Notes under the pieces: generated by a model
What the model saw: the letters and a program-made list of their open reading frames with translations, nothing else
Databases searched by the model: none
What the model was told of the DNA's origin: nothing
Made by a program: the position numbers and the translations under genes
Part shown: positions 25,560-35,589 of the stretch, one piece after another
How the letters are laid out: the number at the start of each line of letters is the position of its first letter
Numbering within the stretch: position 1 is the first letter of the stretch
Assembly: GCA_951406725.2 (NCBI GenBank)
Contig: OX597818.1
Span: 19,840,001 to 19,904,000 of the forward strand
Origin: Octopus vulgaris
Lineage: Eukaryota
DNA length: 64,000 bases
Reading direction: 5' to 3'

Positions 25560-26278
25560 AAATTTATTCAATAAAATCTCCAATGATTTCAACCACAGCC
25601 TCCAGACGACTTCAGAATCTCCTGCAACTCTTCTGGACGATCTCCTTGTTTAAGTTGGGGAATACTGCTATAATTCTTGCCTTTAGTTCATCTTTGATAT
25701 TACGAAGAGTTTTGTTGGTCTCTCACTCAGCTGTGCCCACACATAATAATCAAGGGGGTTACAGTCTTAGGAGTTAGGTGGCCAGATATTAGGGGTGATG
25801 TGGTCACAGAAATTGTCTGACAGCCATGACTGGGTTCTCCTGTTTGTGTGACATAGTGCAGAGTCCTGTTGCCAGAAATAGGGTCTTCCAGCAGTCACCC
25901 TCTTGACCCAGGACAGCACAGCCTCCTTCAGGCACTTAATGTAGGCCTGTGTTAAGTCTGAGGCCCTGTGGGAATAAGAACAGAGGCATAATGCCACCAT
26001 GATCAGTGATCACTCCAAACACCATGATGTTGACTGGTTGTTTGATTTTTATCACTCTCAGTACATGTCTGTATTGGAGCTTCTGTTGTGAATGCCAAGT
26101 AGTACAGCATGTCGTTTCCAAACTTCTGACAGATTGAATTGCATCATGGTACTGTTTTTCCCACAGACGGTGCCTAACTGAGCCTACTATGCTCTGTAGT
26201 TGACAAAATCAAAAACAAACAATGCTCATGCACGATATTAAAAATATGAAATGCCGATAATTTACCTATCGCACCCTA
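25560..26278 (-). mobile_element. Internally deleted copy of the maT-like transposon at 17040
   Basis: Terminus rc tatagggtgcgataggtaaatt; QQDSALCH and NIWPPNS motifs. Confidence 0.85.
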
Positions 26279-26297
26279 TATGTATATGTGTGTATAT

Positions 26298-29200
26298 CAT
26301 CATCATCATCATCATCATTTAGCGTCCGTTTTCCATGCTAGCATGGGTTGGACGGTTCTGCTGGGGTCCGTGAAGCCAGAAGGCTTCATCAGGCCCAGTC
26401 AAATCTGGCAGTGTTTCTACGGCTGGATGCCCTTCCTAACGCCAACCACTCCGTGAGTGTAGTGGGTGCTTTTTACGTGCCACCCGCACTGGTGCCAGCC
26501 AGAGCTGGCAAACGGCCACGAACGTATGGTGTTTTTTATGTGCCACCGGCACGAGGGCCAGGCGAGGCTGGCAACGAACACGAAACGGGGCGGTGCTGGC
26601 AACGGTCGCGAAACAGAAGGTTCTCTTACATGCCACCGGCACTGGTAACACATCTGCAATTTCCATTGATCGATTTCCATTGATCGATTTTGATTCTGAT
26701 CCTCACTTGCCTCAATGGGTCTTCACAAGCAGAGTTTCGACATGCCACCGGCACTGGTAGCACATCCGCAATTTCCATTGATCGATTTCGATTCTGATCC
26801 TCACTTGCCTCAACACGTCTTCACAAGTAGAGTTTTGTGTCCCAAGAAGGGAAGGTATGCATACGTAGGCTGGCTCCATCCCATGTAGAAGGCCACGGGT
26901 TGTGGACTCACTTGTCCTGCCGGGTCTTCTCGCGCACAGCACACTTCCAGAGGTCTCGGTCTCTAGTCATTTCCTCGGTGAGACCTAAAGTTCGAAGGTC
27001 GTGCTTCACCACCTCGTCCCAGGTTTTCCTGGGTCTGCCTCTTCCACAGGTTCCCTCAACCGCTAGGGTGTGGCACTTTTTCACACAACTATCTTCATCC
27101 ATTCTCGCCACATGACCATACCAGCGCAAACGTCTCTCTTGCACACCACAACTGATGCTTCTTAGGTCCAGCTTTTCTCTCAAGGTACTTACACTCTGCC
27201 GAGTGTGAGTACTGGCATTACACATCCATCGGAGCATACTGGCTTCATTTCTAGCGAGCTTACGCATATCCTCAGCAGTCACGGCCCATGTTTCACTGCC
27301 ATGTAGCATGGCTGTTCGTACACACGCATCATACAGTCTGCCTTTCACTCTGTGCGAGAGGCCTTTTGTCACCAGCAGAGGTAAGAGCTCTCTGAACTTT
27401 GCCCAAGCTATTCTTACTCTAGCAGTTACACTTTCAGCACACCCGCCCCCGCTGCTGACTTGGTCACCTAGGTAACGGAAACTATCAACTATTTCTAGTT
27501 TTTCTCCCTGGAAAGTGACAGAAGTTGGTCTCAGAGCATTTTCAGTGTTTATTGTTCCTGAGCATCTGCCACATACAAAAACCATCTTCCTAGTTAGCCT
27601 TCCTTTGACATTGCTGCATCTCTTATGTGTCCATAGCTTACACTTGGTGCATCTTATAGAGTTTCTACCTACACCTTTTCTACAGATCGAGCAGGGCCAT
27701 CTACCTGAAGGTGTTTGTGATTTGTCTACCTTCCTACTGATTACGACTTTGGTTTTAGCTAGATTGACTCTGAGGCCCTTCGATTCTAATCCTTGTTTCC
27801 ACACCTGAAACTTCTCCTCCAGTTCTGATAGCGACTCAGCAATTAGAGCAAGGTCATCAGCATAGAGGAGCTCCCAAGGGCATCCTGTCTTGAATTCCTC
27901 CGTTATTGCCTGGAGGACTATGATAAATAGGAGGGGGCTGAGTACTGAGCCTTGGTGGACCCCTACCTCTACCCGGAATTCTTCACTGTACTCATTTCCA
28001 ACCCTCACCCTACTAGCGGCGTCCCTATACATGGCCCGCACAGCTCTCACTAACCATTCATCTATCCCTAGTTTTCTCATTGCCCACCAGATAAGGGATC
28101 GGGGGACCCTGTCGAAGGCTTTCTCCATGTCAACAAAAGCCAGGTACAGGGGCTTATCTTTGGCTAGGTATTTCTCCTGCAGCTGCCTTACCAGGAATAT
28201 AGCATCAGTAGTACTTTTCCCTGGCACAAACCCAAACTGCATCTCATCTAAACTAACTCTCTCTCTAATTAGTTGGGCTATGACCCTCTCCGTAACCTTC
28301 ATCACCTGGTCCAACAGCTTGATACCTCTGTAGTTGTTTGTATCTAGGGCATCACCTTTACCTTTGTAGCAGTTGACTATTATACTGCTACACCAGTCAT
28401 TGGGTATGACCCCTTTGTGTATCACCTGATTAACTATATGGGTGACTAGGCTATAGCCGACACTACCAGACATTTTGAGCATCTCTGCAGTGATTCCTGA
28501 TGGGCCTGGGGCTTTCCCTGTCTTCATGCTTCTAATTGCCTTAGCTACCACAGAACTATCAACTCGGATAGCTGGTCCCTCTGTTGGGTCAACATTCGGC
28601 AGACTCTCTTTATCCCATTCATTTTCTTCATTCAGCAACCTTTCATAGTGGCATCTCCAAACCTCTCTCTTTGCATCCTCATTTAGCGCAAGTGAACCAT
28701 CTTCCATGCGAACACACTTCTCTCCTACCACATCACGATTCTCTCTCACACACTGTCTTGCAACACGAAACACCTCCAGTCTTTGGTCCTCACGGCGCAG
28801 AACATTGGCAAATTTTTTCTTATCTGCTTCCCCTCTGGCTAAATAAACCTGTCTCCTAGCTTCTCTTTTGGCAGTCTGATACAATTCCCTGCTACCCCCA
28901 TTTTTCCAGACCTTCCAAGCCTGTCTCTTTTCTCTAATAGCCCTGTCTACAATATTGTTCCACCACCACGTTATTCTAGGTCGAGAGGGGACTTTGCACC
29001 AGCCACAGATCTGGTCAGTGGCTCTCAGCAGGTTGTCCCTTAGAAACGTCCAGCTGTCTTCTACCCCCTGTGATGCTCTATCCCCTTCTACTTCGTCAGA
29101 GGCTTCAAGTAATATGTCCCTAAATCTCTGTCCATTTGCGGGATCTTTAAGCTTCCAGATCCTTCTTCTCCATATTTGTCGTCTTCTGGTTGTCCTCCTA

Positions 29201-30660
29201 GTCCTGATCCTAAAGTCACTAACTACCAGTCTATGTTGTGGGGTACATTCTTCACCTGGGAAGGTTTTGGCATTTATAAGCAGCCATCTCTCCCTTTGCC
29301 TTGTAAGGATGTAGTCAATTTGGCTGGTATGTTGGCCCGATTGGTAAGTGACTAGGTGGCTGGTAGGTTTCCTGAAGTTAGTGTTGCAAATCATAAGATT
29401 ATTTGCATCGCAGAACTCCAGCAGCCTGGTTCCCTCCTCGTTGCGGGAGCCATAGCCGTAGCCTCCATGTACGCCATGGAAGCCCCCAGCATGTCGTCCA
29501 ACGTGACCATTGAAGTCACCAGCCACAAAGATAAGGTCTCTGTCGTTCGTCAATGAGGTAGTCTGCAGTAGAGTGTCATAGAATCGGTCTTTCTGTCCAT
29601 CGGGTAGCCCCGACTGAGGAGCATAGGCTGATATAATGGTTGCTAAACTATGATGAAGCACTAATCTAATCTTAAGTATTCTGTCACTTACTCTGATTAC
29701 CTCAATTACTTTATCTACCCATTTCTCAGCGATAAGTATACCCACGCCACCAACCCCGTCAGTATTCCCTGCCCAGAAAATCTTGTACCTGCGTTCCTTG
29801 CCTGTGAGGAACCTAGCTGATCCTCCTCTCCACCTTATTTCTTGCATGCAACATATATCCACACATCTCCGTTCAAGCATCTCGACTATCTCACCAGACC
29901 TACCTTTCAGAGTGCCAACGTTGAGGGTGCCAACCCTGAGGGTGTGGAAGGCATGGGCTCTAGAGACCCTGGGACGGTGGACAGTAGCTTCGTGTACCTG
30001 AAAAGAAAGCTCGCATTTGGCAGAATTCATGTGCAAAAAATGAAGTAGTAAAGTAGCCTTCAGTACAACCTGCATAACGCTAGTCTTTCATATTTTGCAC
30101 TGTATGAACATTACCTTACATAGGTCGAGACTAGGGGTAGGGAGGGGTAGGGATGGTGAGAGCATTTGCAGTCTTCATGGGAAGCAACCCCGGAATGGAA
30201 GAGAATAGGAACTTCCGGCATGCGTGGTGGGGGTGGGAGGGCGGGTGCACCGTAGCTGAGTAAAGAGGTTCTGTTAATCGTGAGCTAGCAAATGGGTTAG
30301 TATGAATCGGGAGACAATACTAAACGAAAAATTGAAAAATTGAAAAATCAGAGTGGCTATGAACCTGGAGACAAGTCTAAACGAAAAAAATGTTTGAGCT
30401 AGACAGGGTAATGAGGGAATACTGAAAGAATGAGGGACAATACAATGAGATGGAAATTGAAGAATAGAGAAAGAGTAAGGATAAGTGCAAGAAAGAAGGT
30501 AGTCGTAGCGAGGTTGAACGATTCACTTAACTTTTAGCCATTCATGATCTGTGCGTATTCTTTAGATATTTTGAAGCGAGTGGGGTTAACGATAAATGCG
30601 ATCGCTCTTTTATGTATGGCGATGATGGTTTTGGGGAGTGGGGGGGGGGGCATAGAGGAC
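26298..30660 (-). mobile_element. Apparently full-length RTE-clade LINE with (GAT)n tail
   Basis: Single long ORF, ~600-bp 5' UTR, structured 3' UTR ending ...ggacgctaaatgatgatg; both flanks are microsatellite. Confidence 0.92.
26908..30075 (-). CDS. RTE LINE ORF, 1055 aa: APE endonuclease + reverse transcriptase with internal PHD-type zinc finger
   Basis: EN motifs TLNVGT, MQE, SAYAP, GDFNGH, IDYI, PQH; RT motifs QFGF, FVDMEKAFD, GVHQGSVLSP, YADD, FRYLG; no stops or frameshifts. Confidence 0.95.
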   Translation of the reverse strand: MQVVLKATLLLHFLHMNSAKCELSFQVHEATVHRPRVSRAHAFHTLRVGTLNVGTLKGRSGEIVEMLERRCVDICCMQEIRWRGGSARFLTGKERRYKIFWAGNTDGVGGVGILIAEKWVDKVIEVIRVSDRILKIRLVLHHSLATIISAYAPQSGLPDGQKDRFYDTLLQTTSLTNDRDLIFVAGDFNGHVGRHAGGFHGVHGGYGYGSRNEEGTRLLEFCDANNLMICNTNFRKPTSHLVTYQSGQHTSQIDYILTRQRERWLLINAKTFPGEECTPQHRLVVSDFRIRTRRTTRRRQIWRRRIWKLKDPANGQRFRDILLEASDEVEGDRASQGVEDSWTFLRDNLLRATDQICGWCKVPSRPRITWWWNNIVDRAIREKRQAWKVWKNGGSRELYQTAKREARRQVYLARGEADKKKFANVLRREDQRLEVFRVARQCVRENRDVVGEKCVRMEDGSLALNEDAKREVWRCHYERLLNEENEWDKESLPNVDPTEGPAIRVDSSVVAKAIRSMKTGKAPGPSGITAEMLKMSGSVGYSLVTHIVNQVIHKGVIPNDWCSSIIVNCYKGKGDALDTNNYRGIKLLDQVMKVTERVIAQLIRERVSLDEMQFGFVPGKSTTDAIFLVRQLQEKYLAKDKPLYLAFVDMEKAFDRVPRSLIWWAMRKLGIDEWLVRAVRAMYRDAASRVRVGNEYSEEFRVEVGVHQGSVLSPLLFIIVLQAITEEFKTGCPWELLYADDLALIAESLSELEEKFQVWKQGLESKGLRVNLAKTKVVISRKVDKSQTPSGRWPCSICRKGVGRNSIRCTKCKLWTHKRCSNVKGRLTRKMVFVCGRCSGTINTENALRPTSVTFQGEKLEIVDSFRYLGDQVSSGGGCAESVTARVRIAWAKFRELLPLLVTKGLSHRVKGRLYDACVRTAMLHGSETWAVTAEDMRKLARNEASMLRWMCNASTHTRQSVSTLREKLDLRSISCGVQERRLRWYGHVARMDEDSCVKKCHTLAVEGTCGRGRPRKTWDEVVKHDLRTLGLTEEMTRDRDLWKCAVREKTRQDK

Positions 30661-30765
30661 CATGGCGATGATGTGTGTGTGTGTGTGTGTGTGTATGCTT
30701 ACATATATCTATCTATCTATCAATCTATCTATCTATCTCTCTATATATATATATCCTGCAACATA

Positions 30766-33523
30766 GACTGGTAGTTAGTGACTTTAGGATCAGGACTAAG
30801 AGGATGACCAACATGGAGAAAAAGGATCTGGAAGCTTAAAGATCCTGTGAATGGACAGAGATTTAGGGACATATTACTTGAAGCCTTTGATGAAGTAGAA
30901 GGGGATAGAGCATCACATGGGGTAGAAGACAACTGGACGTTTCTAAGGGACAACCTGCTGAAAGCCACTGTGGCTGGTGCAAAGTCCCCTCTCGACCCAA
31001 AATAACGTGGTGGTTGAACAATGTTGTAGACAGGGCTATTAGAGAAAAGAGACAGGCTTGGAAGGACTGGAAGAATGGTGGTAGCAGGGAATTGTATCAG
31101 ACTGCCAAAAAGGAAGCTAGGAGACAGATCTATTTAGCCAGAGGGGAAGCAGATAAGAAAAAATTTGCCTATGTTCTGCGCTGTGAGGACCAAAGACTTG
31201 AGGTGTTTCGTGCTGCAAGACAGTGTGTGAGAGAGAATCGTGATGTGGTAGGAGAGAAATGTGTTCGCATGGATGATGGTTCACTTGCACTAAATAAGGA
31301 TGCAAAGAGAGAGGTTTGGAGACGCCACTATTAAAGGTTACTGAATAAAGAAAATGAATGGGATAAAGAGAGTCAGCCGATTGTCGACCCAACAGAGGGA
31401 CCAGCTATCCGAGTTGACAGTTCCTTGGTAGTTAAGGCAATTAGAAGCATGAAGACAGGGAAAGCCCCAGGCCCATCAGGAATCACTGCAGAGATGCTCA
31501 AAATATCTGGTAGTGTCGGCTATAGCCTAGTCACCCATATAGTTAATCAGGTGATACACGAAGGAGTCATACCCAATGACTGGTGTAGCAGCATAATAGT
31601 CAACTGCTACAAAGGTAAAGGTGACGCCCTAGATACAAATAATTACAGAGGTATCAAGCTGTTGGATCGGGTAATGAAGGTTACGGAGAGGGTCATAGCC
31701 CAACTAATTAGAGAGAGAGTTAGTTTAGATGAGATGCAGTTTGGGTTCGTGCCAGGGAAAAGTACCACTGATGCTATATTCCTGGTAAGGCAGCTGCAGT
31801 AGAAATCCCTAACCAAAGATAAGCCCCTGTACCTGGCTTTCGTTGACATGGAGAAAGCCTTCGACAGGGTCCCCCGATCCCTTATCTGGTGGTCAATGAG
31901 GAAACTAGGGATAGATGAATGGTTAGTGAGAGCTGTGCGAGCCATGTACAGGGACGCCACTAGTAAGGTGAAGGTTGGCAATGAGTACAGTGAAGAATTC
32001 CGGGTAGAGGTAGGGGTTCACCAAGGCTCAGTCCTCAGCCCCCTCCTATTTATCATAGTCCTCCAAGCAATAACGGAGGAATTCAAGACAGGTTGCCCCT
32101 GGGAGATCCTCTATGCTGATGACCTTGCTCTAATTGCTGAGTCACTATCAGAACTGGAGGAGAAGTTTCAGGTGTGGAAGCAAGGATTAGAATCGAAGGG
32201 CCTTAGAATCAATCTAGCTAAAACCAAAGTCCTGATAAGTAGGAAGGTAGACAAATCACAAACACCTTCTGCTCAATCTGTAGAAAAGGTGTAGGTAGAA
32301 ACTCTATAAGATGCACCAAGTATAAGCTATGGACACATAAGAGGTGCAGCAATGTCAAAGGAAGGCTAACTAGGAAGATAGTTTTTGTATGTGGCAGATG
32401 CTCAGGAGCAATAAACACTGAAAATGCTCTGAGACCAATTTCTGCCACATTCCAGGGAGAAAAACTAGAAATAGTTGATAGCTTCCGTTACCTAGGTGAC
32501 CAAGTCAGTAGCGGGGGTAGGTGGGTGTGCTGAAAGTGTAACTGCTAGAATAAGAATAGCTTGGGCAAAGTTCAGAGAGCTCTTACCTCTGCTGGTGACA
32601 AAAGGCTTCACGCTCAGAGTAAAAGGCAGACTGTATGACGCGTGTGTTCGAACAGCCATGCTACATGGCAGTGAAACATGGGCCGTGACTGCTAAGGATA
32701 TGCGTAAGCTCGCAAGAAATGAAGCCAGTATGCTCCGATGGATGTGTAATGTCAGTGTTTATACTCGACAGAGTGTAAGTACCTTGAGAGAAAAGCTGGA
32801 CCTAAGAAGCATCAGTTGTGGTGTGCAAGAGAGACGTTTGCGCTGGTATGGTCATGTGGCGAGAATAGATGAAGATAGTTGTGTGAAAAAGTGCCATACC
32901 CCCGCGGTTGAGGGAACCTGTGGAAGAAGCAGACCCAGGAAATTCTGGGACGAGGTGGTGAAGCACGACCTTCGAACTTTAGGTCTCACTGAGGAAATAA
33001 CTAGAGACCGAGACCTTTGGAAGTGTGCTGTGCATGAGAAGACCCGGCAGGACAAGTGAGACCATAACCCGGGATGTGCCAGTCCACTTATGCATACCTT
33101 TCCTTCTGGGGACACAAAACTCTACTTGTGAAGACCTGTTGAGGCAAGTGAGAATCGAAATCGATCAACATCAATGGAAATTGCAGCTGTGATACCAGTG
33201 CCGGTGGCACGTAAAAGAACTATCCGAACGTGGCCGTTGCCAGCGCCGCCACGACTGGCCTCGTGCCAGTGGCATGTAAAAAGCACCATCCGATCGTGGC
33301 CGTTTGCCAGCCTCGTCTGGCACCTGTGCCGGCGGCATGTAAAAAGCACCCACTACACTCACGGAGTGGTTGGCAACAAGAAGGGCATCCAGCCATAGAA
33401 ACATTGCCAGATCAGACTGGGCCTGGTGCAGCCTTCTGGCTTCCCAGACCCCAGTTGAACCGTCCAACCCATGCTAGCATGGAAAGCGGACGCTAAACGA
33501 TGATGATGATGATGATGATGATG

Positions 33524-33525
<2 letters not shown>
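30766..33525 (+). mobile_element. 5'-truncated, disrupted copy of the same RTE family
   Basis: ORF pieces 31014-33059 nearly identical to the 1055-aa protein; stops and small deletions; tail ending (gat)n. Confidence 0.95.
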
Positions 33526-33580
<55 letters not shown>

Positions 33581-33615
<35 letters not shown>

Positions 33616-35560
33616 GTTTAACGTCCGTTTTCCATGCTAGCATGGGTTGGACGGTTCGACCAGGGTCTGGGAAGCCGGGAGGCTGCACCAGGCTCCAATC
33701 TGATCTGGCAGTGTTTCTACAGCTGGATGCCCTTCCTAACGTAGTGGGTACTTTTTACGTGTCACCAGCACAGGGGCCAGAGGAGGCTGGCAATGTTTAC
33801 GATCGGTTGGTGCTTTTTATGTGCCACCGGAACGGACGCCAGTCAAGGCAGCGCCGGCATCGACCACGTTCGGATGGTGTTTTTTATGTGCCACCGGCAT
33901 GGGTATCACAACTACAATTTCCATTTGATTTTTATTTTGATGTTGATGTACTTGACTCAAGCACAGCAGGTCGCCCTATGATCCAATGTACGCACAGCAG
34001 GCCATCCTGCGAGCCATGAACTAACTTCATTTGTCGGGTCTTCACAGTCTTTCCTCATTGCCTCTGTGAGGCCCAACGTTTGAAGGTATGCTTGACCACC
34101 TCATTCCATGTTTTCCTGGATTACCACTACCCTGGATTCCTTCATACTCAATCACATACTCTAACAACCTCTATCACATACCCTAACAACCTCACATACC
34201 CTAAGAACCACCCATTTCTCTGCGAGGAGTATGCCTACGCCCCCTACACCATCCATGTTACCTTGCCAGAAGACTTTATACCTATGTGCCTTGCCTGTGA
34301 GGGCCCTAGCTGAAGCTCCTCTCCATCTTACTTCTTGTATGCAGCATACATCAACCTGTCTCCTTTCAAGCATCTCTACAATCTCGCTAGACCTACCTTT
34401 CAGTGTGCCAACATTGACAGTACCAACTCTGAAAACTGGGAAGGGAATGTGGGGTGAGGTTTGGGGAGGAGGGGTGTTATTCAGCGCCTGAAAAGAAGAG
34501 GGTTGTTGTGGTGTTCGTTTTTTAGGCATGCTTCATCTATTCTCGCTTCCGACCTGACAACATTCAAGCATTCAGGCATGTTAAGATTGTTGCACCTACT
34601 GAAGGTAGGAGTCGGTGTTAACAGCGTTGAAAGCATAAGCATTATGGTCCTCGAATAATGTAGATTCAAGCGGTGTAGCAAAAATATGGATATTCCAATG
34701 TTAGGTTAGGAGGGAGTCAGCTGAAGTTGGTTGTATTTGTCCGAGTAGAGGGGGATTGCAGATAACCACCAGTGGGGAAGGGTTCAGGCAGAGAGAGAGA
34801 GAGAGGAAAAAGCTCATTCTTATATATACACAAGTGCACCCACACACAGGAACGAGTATACCACTTCATAAGGCCATAGAAATTTCTGGGTAGTTGTCGA
34901 TATGTTTCTATACAGAATGAAAATGGAACGAAAGATAGCCGGTTAAGTAGGTGGGCAGATAACCTGGTTGCGTTTGTCTCAGTAGAGAGATAAAGAGAGG
35001 GAGAGAGATAGAGAGAGTGCAGGTGATATAGGGAACAGCACCAGTGAGGAGGGGGAATTGGGAGAAGAGATAACTGGAACAAATTTCTAGACAGAACGAA
35101 ACGTAAGATAGTCGGTGAAGTGAGTGGGTGGATGAGCTGCTGGGCAGGTTGCATTTGTCCTAGGAGAGAGAGAAGTGAAAGTAATATATGGAGAACAGCC
35201 CAGTGAGAAGGAGGATGGGAGAATCGATACAGGTAATGGTGGTGGGGGAAGGGATATCCGGTGTAGATCGTGGGAAGATAGAGATATCCGGTATTGGTGG
35301 TGGGGGTGGGAAGATAGAAATATCCGGTATTGGTGGTGGGGTGGGAAGATAGAAATATCCGGTATTGGTGGTGGGGGTGAGAAGATAGAAATATCCGGTA
35401 TTGGTGGTGGGGATGGGAAAGGACGGGCGCACCACGAACAAGCAAAGTTTTGTTTGTGGACAGAAGGATGAAAATATGGTAAGAAGAAAGAGAGGTAGAA
35501 ACGAGGAGAAACGAGCAATTTCTGGGCGGACACTTCAAAAAAAAAAGAGAGAAAGAACAT
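33581..35560 (-). mobile_element. Internally deleted RTE of a related subfamily (long 5' UTR with 30-bp VNTR, EN N-terminus, fused to 3' end)
   Basis: ORF 34161-34529 has RVGTVNVGTLKGRSSEIVEMLERR; ~5 copies of ccaccaccaataccggatatttctatctt at ~35250-35410; tail at 33581-34110. Confidence 0.85.
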
Positions 35561-35589
35561 ATGGAGAGGACACTTCATCCTTGCTGTAA

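Noticed and set aside
27515-30048. Plus-strand ORFs overlapping the RTE ORF
   Set aside because: Antisense shadows of the LINE coding sequence.
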